A stretch of DNA of 64,000 nucleotides from Planctomycetota bacterium. Its GTDB lineage: Bacteria; Planctomycetota; B15-G4; JADJEK01. Position numbers and translations under genes: made by a program. The DNA lies in contig JBGAIQ010000003.1 of NCBI GenBank assembly GCA_044225365.1, positions 128,001 through 192,000 on the forward strand, written 5' to 3'. Below, one piece after another: positions 56,139-64,000 of this stretch; position 1 is the first letter of the stretch; every line of letters starts with the position of its first letter. Below the pieces are notes generated by a model that did not search any database, was not told the DNA's origin, and saw nothing but the letters and a program-made list of their open reading frames with translations.

Positions 56139-58052
56139 GTGGCCGACACCGCACACCCGAATCAGTCCCGCGAAGAATCGCTCGCAGTCGCCGAAGCCGC
56201 GCGGGAGACCGAATGGCAATCGAAGAGCTTTGCGCAATCGATCTTCCTCGGGGCGCTCGACCCCGCGCTCGTGTTCCCGTATCCCGAGCAGCCGGAGGAC
56301 GATCGCAAGAAGGGCGAGGAGTTCGCGGCGAAGGTCGAGAAGTTCCTGATCGAGAACCACGACGCCGATCTCGCCGACTCCAGCGGCGACATGCCGCAGG
56401 CGGTGATCGACGGCCTCGTCGAGATGGGCGCGTTCTCGATGAAGATCCCGCAGGAGTACGGCGGGCTCGGGTTCACGCAGAGCAACTACAACCGCGTCGT
56501 GTCGCGCGTCGCGAGCTACTGCGCGAGCCTCGCGGTGTGGCTGTCCGCGCACCAGAGCATCGGCGTTCCGAACCCGCTGAAGATGTTCGGCACCGCGGAG
56601 CAGAAGAAGAAGTACTTCCCGCGGCTCGCGAAGGGTGAACTCTCGGCGTTCGCGCTCACCGAGCCCGGCGTTGGCTCGGATCCGGCGCAGATGTCGACCG
56701 TCGCCGAACGCGCGCCCGACGGCAAGGGCTGGATCCTCTCCGGCAAGAAGCTGTGGACGACGAACGGTCCCATCGCCGACATCATGGTCGTGATGGCGCG
56801 CACGCCGTCGATCACCGAACACGGCAAGGAGAAGAAGCAGATCACGGCGTTCATCGTCGAGCGCACATTCCCCGGCATCTCCGTCGAGCATCGCTGCCAG
56901 TTCATGGGACTGCGCGCGATCCAGAACGGCGTTCTGCGCTTCGAGAACGTCTACGTCCCCGACGAGAACATCCTGTGGGGCGTCGGCAAAGGCCTGAAGC
57001 TCGCCTTGATCACGCTCAACACCGGCCGCCTCACGCTGCCCGCGTGTTGCTCCGGCGTCGCGCGACTCTGCCTCTCGATCGTTCGCAAATGGGGCAAGGA
57101 ACGCGCGCAATGGGGCGCGGTCATCGGCAAGCACGAGGCGGTCGGCGCGAAGATCGCGTACATCGCGTCGCATACCTTCGCGATGGACTCCATCACGGAG
57201 TACGCGACGCAGCTCGCGGATCGCGGTGGCGTGGACGTGCGCATCGAAGCGGCGATGGCGAAGCTGTTCTGCTCGGAGACGCTGAAGACGATCGTCGACG
57301 AAACCCTGCAGACGCGCGGCGGGCGCGGTTTCGAGGAAGGCCCGTCGATCGCGGCGCGCGGCGAAACGGGATATCCCGTCGAGCGCATCTATCGCGACTC
57401 GCGCATCAACACGATCGTCGAAGGCACGACCGAGATCATGCATCTCTTTCTCGCGCGCGAGGCGCTCGATCCGCATCTGCGGCGCGCGGGCGCACTCTTC
57501 GACAAGCGCACGACGCTCGGCCAGAAGATCAAGATCCTCGCCTCCTGCGCGGTTCATTATCCCGTTTGGTACATCCAGCAGTTCCTCCCCGGCGGCAAGC
57601 CGCTGCCGCAGGACTTGCCCGAGGTGTTCGTCCCCCATCTCAAGTTCGTGCGCTCCGCTTCGAAGAAGCTCGCGCGGACGACCTTCGGCCTGATGGTGCG
57701 ACACGGCCCCGCGCTCGAGCGGCGTGAACTGCTGCTCAATCGCTGCGTCGACATCGGCGTCGATCTCACGGTGATGGCCGCGAGTTGCGCTCGGGCCACG
57801 GCGATGCTGAAGAAGAACCCGGAAGACGCGATGCCTCGCGAGCTCGCCGACGCGTTCTGCCGCGCCGCGCGCCGGCGCGTGAACGCCGCGTTCCGCGCGA
57901 TCTCGAGCAACGACGACAAGAACGTGGTCGCGATCGCCAACGGCGTGCTCGACGGCCGCTACGTCGGCCTCGAGACGGGCTTCATCGACCCCCTCGCCCG
58001 CCACGCACCGGCGCCGACGCAGTCTCCGCCGCGCGAACCCGCGCGGGTGTGA
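56139..58052 (+). CDS. Acyl-CoA dehydrogenase (long ACAD9/VLCAD-like form)
   Basis: GGAGG SD; FALTEPGVGSD, GKKLWTTNG, RDSRINTIVEGTTEI. Confidence 0.93.
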   Translation: MADTAHPNQSREESLAVAEAARETEWQSKSFAQSIFLGALDPALVFPYPEQPEDDRKKGEEFAAKVEKFLIENHDADLADSSGDMPQAVIDGLVEMGAFSMKIPQEYGGLGFTQSNYNRVVSRVASYCASLAVWLSAHQSIGVPNPLKMFGTAEQKKKYFPRLAKGELSAFALTEPGVGSDPAQMSTVAERAPDGKGWILSGKKLWTTNGPIADIMVVMARTPSITEHGKEKKQITAFIVERTFPGISVEHRCQFMGLRAIQNGVLRFENVYVPDENILWGVGKGLKLALITLNTGRLTLPACCSGVARLCLSIVRKWGKERAQWGAVIGKHEAVGAKIAYIASHTFAMDSITEYATQLADRGGVDVRIEAAMAKLFCSETLKTIVDETLQTRGGRGFEEGPSIAARGETGYPVERIYRDSRINTIVEGTTEIMHLFLAREALDPHLRRAGALFDKRTTLGQKIKILASCAVHYPVWYIQQFLPGGKPLPQDLPEVFVPHLKFVRSASKKLARTTFGLMVRHGPALERRELLLNRCVDIGVDLTVMAASCARATAMLKKNPEDAMPRELADAFCRAARRRVNAAFRAISSNDDKNVVAIANGVLDGRYVGLETGFIDPLARHAPAPTQSPPREPARV

Positions 58053-58053
58053 T

Positions 58054-58199
58054 GGACCGCCAGGCTCTGCCTGGCATCCCAATGGAAGAATGCCACAATG
58101 GAGCGTGGCGGTCCTGAGCAGAGCTTGCGGTCGAGAGGGACCGCCAGGCTCTGCCTGGCATCCGGATGGAAGAATGCCACGCTGGAGCGTGGCGGTCCT
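58054..58199. repeat. Two tandem 62-bp REPIN-like units, each an inverted pair of REP-like hairpins
   Basis: 58054-58115 and 58138-58199 are near-identical: GGACCGCCAGGCTCTGCCTGGCAT..ATGCCAC(gc/aa)TGGAGCGTGGCGGTCCT. Confidence 0.85.
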
Positions 58200-58956
58200 A
58201 AGGAGCGAGTCCGAACTTGCGGTCGAGCGGAACGAATGCGCCGCGCGCGGTGAGCGCGGAAAGGGCGGCGTCGAGCCGGGCGCGCAGTGCGTCCTTGTCC
58301 TTTCCGACCGCGATCCCGTAGAGCTCGAGCGCGACCGGCTCGGCGAGGACGGCGAGTCTTCCCCCGCTCTTCATCGCGAACTCGTCGGCGTCGGCGCCGT
58401 CGGTGATGCAGGCGTCGACTTCGTGGTCAAGCAACCGCTCGTCCGCCTTGTGCTTGCTCACGTTGTCGATGATCGGGATCGCGCCGAGATCGCGATCGGC
58501 GAGCGCCGACTCCGACGTGGTGCCGCGACTCGCGGCGACCTTTCGACCATGAAGGTCCGCAAGCCACACCGGCTCCCCAGGCCCCACGCGCACCAGCGCC
58601 GCAATGCGCGTCTCGAAGTACGGCTTCGTGAAGAGCACGCGCTCGCTCCGTGCCTTCGTGATCCCGATCGTCGCGCAGGCGGCGTCGACCTTGCCGCTCG
58701 CGACCGCGTCGAGGATCTGCGGGAACGGCATCTTCACCCAGACGAGGCGAACCTTCATCTCGTCGGCGATCGCCTGCATCATCTCCACGTCGCGCCCGAT
58801 CGGCTTGCCCGCGGCGTCCTCGCCGATGAACGGCATGTGATCGAAGTCGCACGCGACCGTGATCGCGTCGTCGGAGCTCCCCGCCGTCTTCGTGACGCAA
58901 CCGAAACCGACGAGCGGGAGCGAAACGAGGAACGATGCGAAAGCGCGACGATTCAT
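58198..58956 (-). CDS. ABC substrate-binding protein family 3 (amino acid-type), lipoprotein
   Basis: PF..G.DVE, GKVDAACATIGIT..R, FTKPY, YGIAV; RRAF then FGC signal. Confidence 0.88.
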   Translation of the reverse strand: MNRRAFASFLVSLPLVGFGCVTKTAGSSDDAITVACDFDHMPFIGEDAAGKPIGRDVEMMQAIADEMKVRLVWVKMPFPQILDAVASGKVDAACATIGITKARSERVLFTKPYFETRIAALVRVGPGEPVWLADLHGRKVAASRGTTSESALADRDLGAIPIIDNVSKHKADERLLDHEVDACITDGADADEFAMKSGGRLAVLAEPVALELYGIAVGKDKDALRARLDAALSALTARGAFVPLDRKFGLAP

Positions 58957-59098
58957 GAACACCTCGAACCTAGCGAGCGAAAGGGCAGCGAATTCGGGGC
59001 GAGCATAGCATTCCGAAATCGACGGCGACGTAGGGTCGCGAAAGCGCTCGCGCCGCGCGTTCTGGTAATCTCCCCCACTTGTTCTCGTCCCGGAGATC

Positions 59099-62000
59099 GT
59101 GGCCGTGCCGACGCCACAAGACGACCGCCTTGCCTACGAACCCGCGCGCGCGCGCTTCGAGCTCGAAGACGCGGAGCAGCGTGGCGACGTCACGGTGATC
59201 CGTCGCGCGCGCGAACGGTCGAGCGGCAAGACCTACGGCATCGAGCGGCCTCTCCCGGATCTGCAAGAGAACTCCGACAGCGCCGCCGCGTACGCCGCGC
59301 TCGCCGACAGCCGTTCTCAACTCCGGCATCCCCACATCCTCGATCACTTCGACGTCGCGAGGGACGACGAGAGCCCGTACAGCGTCGTCGAATGGGCCGC
59401 GGGCGGCACGCTCGCGGAACGCCTCGTTCGTCGCGGCCCGCTCGGTGAGCACGAGCTGCTGAAGGTCGCGAACAGCGTCGCCTCCGCGCTCGAGTTCGCC
59501 GCGGAGCGAAGGCAGCATCACGGCGGCATCGTGCCCGAGAACCTGTGCCTCACGGCCGACGGCAGCGTGAAGGTCGCGGGGTTCGGATTCGACGAATTCC
59601 GCGCGCAGAGTCGCACGAAGAAACCCGGGATCACCGTCGACGAAGCCAACGACATCAACGAACTGTGTCGCACGCTCTACCGCCTCGCGACCGCGGCGGA
59701 GCGTCTCGAGCTCGATCGAATCGAACGCCTGCCGGCATGGCTGCGCGAAGTCCTCGGTCGCGGCCTCTCCGAGATCCGTGTGGAGCGTTTCCAGCGCGCG
59801 CACGATTTCCTCGACGAATTGCGCCGGCTCCGCCAGCTCTCCTCGCCCTCCGCATTGAGACCGTCGCGACGCGACGAACCGAACTTCCCCACCCTCGAAC
59901 TCTCGCCATCCGATCCCGTCCCGGACGAGCCGTCGAAGCGCGAGGGCAGCGGCGAGTCGGGTGGCGCGAAGCGATCGCCGTCCGCGAGCAGCAAGGGCAG
60001 CGGCGGGAGCGGGAAGCGCGGTTCGCCGGACGAATTCCCGTGGCGCCCCATCGAGGATCAGTACGAGATCCTCGGAGCGCCGAAGCAGGGCGGAATGGGA
60101 GCGGTGTACCAGGCTCGCGAGCTCGCGACAGGGCGCAACGTCGCGATCAAGCGCATGAAACCCGGGACGCAGATCGACGCCGATCAACTGCGCCGTTTCC
60201 ATCGCGAAGCCGCGTCGATCGCGAAACTCAATCACCCGCACGTCCTGCAGCTCCTGCAGGTCGGTCGCGACGAGAATGGCGACTACCTCGTCCTCGAATG
60301 GGCGAGCGGCGGCTCGCTCGTCGAGCGCGTGAATGCAGGCGGCAAGCTCACGCTCGACGAGATCGTCTCGCTCGCGAGGAAGATCGGTAGCGCACTCACC
60401 TACGCGCACGGCAAGGGCTGCATCCATCGCGACATCAAGCCCCACAACATCCTGATCAGCGACAGCGGCGAGCCCAAGATCGCGGACTTCGGCCTCGCGC
60501 GAACGGTCGGCGACGACACGCTCACCTCATCCGGCGGCGGCGCGGGCTCGATGCACTACATGGCGCCCGAGCAGAGCGACGACGCTCGACACGCCGACGA
60601 GCGCTCCGACCTCTACTCGTTCGCCAAGACGCTCTATCACGCGGCGACCGGCAAGAAGCCGATCATGATCGATCCGCGGCTCTTGCCGCCGCCGTTGCGC
60701 AAGCCGCTCCTCAAGTGCCTGAACGACTCGCCGAACGATCGCTACCCGAGCGTTCAGGCGTTCCTCGAGGATCTCGATCACTTCGGCGAATCGAAGGGCT
60801 CCGCGCGCGCTTGGCGCGTCGCGGCGGGCATCGCGATCGTCGGCGTGATCGCGCTCGCCACGAAGCTCATGATGGATAGAGCTCCGCCCAGCCCCGATGC
60901 GCCGCCCAGGCGTCCGTCCGTGATGGGCGAACTCGACCTCTCCCCCGACGCACCACCTCCCGAAGTAAAGAGCGCGGCCGCGCGACCCGTACCCCCCTCG
61001 GCCGAACCCGTCCATCTCGATCCTCGTGAAGAGGTCGCCGCGGAACCCCCAAAGGTCACGGAGCCTCCGAAGGCCGAAGAGAAACCGAACGAGCCTCCGG
61101 CGCAGCAAGAAACGAAGAAGCAAGACGACCCCGAACTCGTGAAGCGCTACGTCGAGGCGACGACCGCGGCAACGGGACTGCTCACTGCCTGGGACGAAGT
61201 CACCGATGCGAGCAAGCCCGGCGCGCGCCCACTCGACGACAACGCGGACCATCGATCGGCGCGCAACGATCTCGAACTCGCGAGGACAACTCGTGACGCG
61301 GGCGATCTCGCAGGTGCCGTCGCGACCGCCGAGCGCGCGGCGACGAACGCGCGTCGCGGACTCTCGATCGCCAACGTCGCGTATCTGAAGAACGAACTCG
61401 ATTCGCGCTTCGCGACGACCGCCGACGACGAGAGCATCGCTCGCGTCGATCGCGCGCTTGCCGAACTCGCGACCCACGTGCCCGAGTTCCTACCTCAGAA
61501 CGAGTACGACGCCCTGCGGACCCGGAGCGAGGAATGGAGAGCGCCGCCGCTTCCGAAGTCCGAGCCCACGCCCGAGGCGACACCGCAGAGCGAATCGAAC
61601 GAGTCGAAGGCCGCGCAGCCAGAGCCGATCGAGAAAACCGCCCCACCGCCCTCGAGCGAAGGGAAGGATCCGGCCGCCAAGGCCCCGCCGTCGAACGATC
61701 TACCGAAAGATCCCCCGATCGATCCATGGGCCCGTGCGATCCTCGGCGTGGCGAAGGATCCGCAGTATCGCGGGCTCACCCTGCGCGTCGACAGCGGCCT
61801 CACACCGCTTCGCGCGGATCCCAATTCCGGCCTCTACGAATTCCTCGTCACGGCGACCGGAGATGCACCCTCGATCGATGCAAACGGTCGTTACGAGATC
61901 ACGAACACCACCGGCATCGTCCTCGTGCTCATTCCCCCCGGGAAGCTGCGCGAGGGGGCGAGTCCGCGCGCGTCGATCGACAAGAACCAACCGACGCTGG

Positions 62001-62647
62001 TGATCGATCCCGATGCACAACGCAGCGAGCAACCCGAGCACGACGTCGCGCTCGCCCCGTTCTTCATCGCGAAGTACGAGCTCTCGACCGCCCTCTGGAA
62101 GCGCATCGGCGGCAAGCTCGGCAACGGCGTCGCCGACAGCGCCCGCTCCCCGGCCTACGGAATGTCGTGGAACGACGCCACGACGATGCTCGGAAAGGTC
62201 GGCCTTCGCCTGCCCACCGAAGCTCAGTGGGAATGGGCCTGCCGTGCGCGCACGCTGACCCCGTGGCCGACGGGCAACGACATCGAGGCCGTGCGCGCCA
62301 GTGCGAATCTACGATTCGCGTCGAAGGCGCCACGTCCCGCGGAGCCCGTGCTGTTCGAGATCGGATCCCTCGCGCCGAATGCCTTCGGCCTGCATGACGT
62401 CCTCGGCAACGTCGCGGAGTTCTGCCTCGATCCGTGGACCGGAGATCACGTCAACGCGAAGCACCGCGCGATCGACGGCTTCCGCGAGGACGGCAGCGGC
62501 CCCTATCGCGTCTTCCGCGGGGGCTGCCTTCGCGACGACCCGCACCGCGCCCGTTCGGCCGCCCGCGACTTCTGCCCCGCCGACAACCCTGCGCTCAAGG
62601 CGTCGCTGATCGGCGTGCGACCCGCACGACCTCTCGCGCAGCCATGA
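59099..62647 (+). CDS. Pseudokinase + Ser/Thr kinase + TM + Pro-rich/helical linker + FGE-sulfatase domain
   Basis: First kinase-like domain is degenerate; second has GGMGAVY, VAIK, HRDIKPHN, DFG, YMAPE; LPTEAQWEWACRA, NAFGLHDVLGNVAEFC. Confidence 0.9.
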   Translation: MAVPTPQDDRLAYEPARARFELEDAEQRGDVTVIRRARERSSGKTYGIERPLPDLQENSDSAAAYAALADSRSQLRHPHILDHFDVARDDESPYSVVEWAAGGTLAERLVRRGPLGEHELLKVANSVASALEFAAERRQHHGGIVPENLCLTADGSVKVAGFGFDEFRAQSRTKKPGITVDEANDINELCRTLYRLATAAERLELDRIERLPAWLREVLGRGLSEIRVERFQRAHDFLDELRRLRQLSSPSALRPSRRDEPNFPTLELSPSDPVPDEPSKREGSGESGGAKRSPSASSKGSGGSGKRGSPDEFPWRPIEDQYEILGAPKQGGMGAVYQARELATGRNVAIKRMKPGTQIDADQLRRFHREAASIAKLNHPHVLQLLQVGRDENGDYLVLEWASGGSLVERVNAGGKLTLDEIVSLARKIGSALTYAHGKGCIHRDIKPHNILISDSGEPKIADFGLARTVGDDTLTSSGGGAGSMHYMAPEQSDDARHADERSDLYSFAKTLYHAATGKKPIMIDPRLLPPPLRKPLLKCLNDSPNDRYPSVQAFLEDLDHFGESKGSARAWRVAAGIAIVGVIALATKLMMDRAPPSPDAPPRRPSVMGELDLSPDAPPPEVKSAAARPVPPSAEPVHLDPREEVAAEPPKVTEPPKAEEKPNEPPAQQETKKQDDPELVKRYVEATTAATGLLTAWDEVTDASKPGARPLDDNADHRSARNDLELARTTRDAGDLAGAVATAERAATNARRGLSIANVAYLKNELDSRFATTADDESIARVDRALAELATHVPEFLPQNEYDALRTRSEEWRAPPLPKSEPTPEATPQSESNESKAAQPEPIEKTAPPPSSEGKDPAAKAPPSNDLPKDPPIDPWARAILGVAKDPQYRGLTLRVDSGLTPLRADPNSGLYEFLVTATGDAPSIDANGRYEITNTTGIVLVLIPPGKLREGASPRASIDKNQPTLVIDPDAQRSEQPEHDVALAPFFIAKYELSTALWKRIGGKLGNGVADSARSPAYGMSWNDATTMLGKVGLRLPTEAQWEWACRARTLTPWPTGNDIEAVRASANLRFASKAPRPAEPVLFEIGSLAPNAFGLHDVLGNVAEFCLDPWTGDHVNAKHRAIDGFREDGSGPYRVFRGGCLRDDPHRARSAARDFCPADNPALKASLIGVRPARPLAQP

Positions 62648-62673
62648 TCGAACCCCGGCGCGCGCAGGGTGAC

Positions 62674-63834
62674 TCACGCGCCGACGACGCGCCGCGATTC
62701 GAGTCGCGAATAAGCCGCTTCCACTCGATCGAGAGCCTCGTTCGGCGTGGAGCCGAAAGCGCAGAGATGGCCCATCTTGCGGCCCGCGATCGCTTCGCCC
62801 TTGCCATAGAGATGCAGTTTCACGTTCCCATCTTCCAGCGCTGCACCGAAGTCGGGCTCGCCGTGGATCCACAGGTCGCCGAGCAGGTTCTTCATCGCCG
62901 CGGGTCGAAGCGACTCGGTCGCGCCGAGGGGTAAGCCGCAGATCGCGCGGAGTTGCTGTTCGAATTGGCTCGTGATCGATGCATCGAACGAGAAATGCCC
63001 CGAGTTGTGCGGGCGCGGCGCGAGTTCGTTGACGACGAGCCGACCCGACTTCAACACGAACAACTCGACGCACAGCACGCCGACGACATCGAGGGCCTCG
63101 AGCACTCCTCGCGCGATCCCCACGGCCTCGCGTTCCAGGGCCGGCGGGAATCGCCCCGGCGAGATCGAGACGTCGAGGATGTGATTGCGATTCGCGTTCT
63201 CGACGAGGCCGTAGTGCGCGAACGATCCATCGAGTCCGCGCGCGGCGACGATCGATGCTTCGGTCTCGAACTCGACGAACGCTTCGAGAACGCACTCGGT
63301 CTTCCCCAGGGCGCGCCACGCCGAGATCGCTTCGCCGGGCGTGAGCACCTTGCGCTGCCCCTTCCCGTCGTAGCCGAATCCCGCGGTCTTGAGGATCGAG
63401 GGCGTTCCGATGCGAGATGTCGCTTGCGATGCGTCGTCCTCGGAACGAACGATCGCGTAGGGAGCGACGGGGAACCCGTTCGCGGCCAGGAAGGACTTCT
63501 CTCGCACGCGATTCTGGGTCGTGTGCAACACGCCTCCGTTCGGACGAACGGGCGCGTACTCCGCCGCCGCTGCCGCCGTCGGTGCCGGAACGTTCTCGAA
63601 CTCGAACGTCACGATGTCGACGTTGCGCGCGAACTCCCGCACGCGATCGAGATCGGCGTAGTCCGCGGTCACTTCCAGGTCGGCCACCTGTCCGGTCGGA
63701 GTGTCGGTGTCGGGCGAGAACGTCGCGACGCGATAGCCCATTCGTCGCGCCGCGATCGTGAACATGCGCCCGAGTTGCCCGCTTCCGAGGACTCCGATCC
63801 ACGATCCGGGCAGGATCTTCGCTCGGTTGCTCAT
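62674..63834 (-). CDS. purK: N5-carboxyaminoimidazole ribonucleotide synthase
   Basis: [49 protein letters not shown]. Confidence 0.96.
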   Translation of the reverse strand: MSNRAKILPGSWIGVLGSGQLGRMFTIAARRMGYRVATFSPDTDTPTGQVADLEVTADYADLDRVREFARNVDIVTFEFENVPAPTAAAAAEYAPVRPNGGVLHTTQNRVREKSFLAANGFPVAPYAIVRSEDDASQATSRIGTPSILKTAGFGYDGKGQRKVLTPGEAISAWRALGKTECVLEAFVEFETEASIVAARGLDGSFAHYGLVENANRNHILDVSISPGRFPPALEREAVGIARGVLEALDVVGVLCVELFVLKSGRLVVNELAPRPHNSGHFSFDASITSQFEQQLRAICGLPLGATESLRPAAMKNLLGDLWIHGEPDFGAALEDGNVKLHLYGKGEAIAGRKMGHLCAFGSTPNEALDRVEAAYSRLESRRVVGA

Positions 63835-64000
63835 CCGACTTCGTCCTTCAGAACTCTCGCCGTCTGAGCCTCCCGCCATTGCGCGTAGCGCTTTCTCAGC
63901 GCTTCGTCACCGCGAGCGAGCACGGCGACGGCGAGGAGCGCCGCGTTGATCGCGCCGCTTCTCCCGATCGCCAGCGTCCCGACGGGGACACCCCCCGGCA
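63831..64000 (-). CDS. purE: N5-CAIR mutase, 3' part (truncated by window edge)
   Basis: Manual translation ..[27 protein letters not shown]..; its stop overlaps the purK ATG. Confidence 0.92.
   Translation of the reverse strand, partial: PGGVPVGTLAIGRSGAINAALLAVAVLARGDEALRKRYAQWREAQTARVLKDEVG

Noticed and set aside
58054-58199. CRISPR array
   Set aside because: Only two 62-bp internally palindromic units with a 22-bp gap and no cas genes; fits REP/REPIN better

Overview
GC-rich bacterial chromosomal segment. Its gene repertoire suggests a Planctomycetota-like organism (inference from kinase-FGE fusions, a membrane-anchored ECF sigma fusion and FG-GAP proteins). I found no rRNA, tRNA, CRISPR array, transposase or prophage. 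Layout: (1) 5'-truncated Ser/Thr kinase-TM-FGE gene; (2) a ~15.6 kb general-stress-type island (1904-17512) with PRC-barrel, CsbD, DUF1328, DUF3309, ElaB/YqjE-like, AI-2E, two paralogous lipoproteins, a CHASE3 hybrid histidine kinase, a degenerate histidine kinase, an NtrC-type activator and a lone receiver. Most of its transcription units have a sigma54 -24/-12-like element, and a shared 16-bp candidate enhancer occurs three times; (3) prfC and Rrf2-sbp-cysT-cysW-cysA; (4) FG-GAP, DUF3052 and hypothetical genes; (5) wzm-wzt-GT2-GT2; (6) ECF sigma fusion, cysteine desulfurase-thiI, and a DEDDh exonuclease-WYL fusion; (7) flippase-like, TPR/FG-GAP, orphan CHASE2, D,D-dipeptidase, C39-like peptidase and nagB genes; (8) RnfD/UnbU-like-Sel1 protein, CPA2-RCK-CBS-PTS IIA fusion, methyltransferase, SSS symporter, acyl-CoA dehydrogenase, a tandem REPIN-like repeat and an SBP; (9) a pseudokinase-kinase-FGE paralog, purK and partial purE. 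All domain calls are by motif recognition, not database searches.
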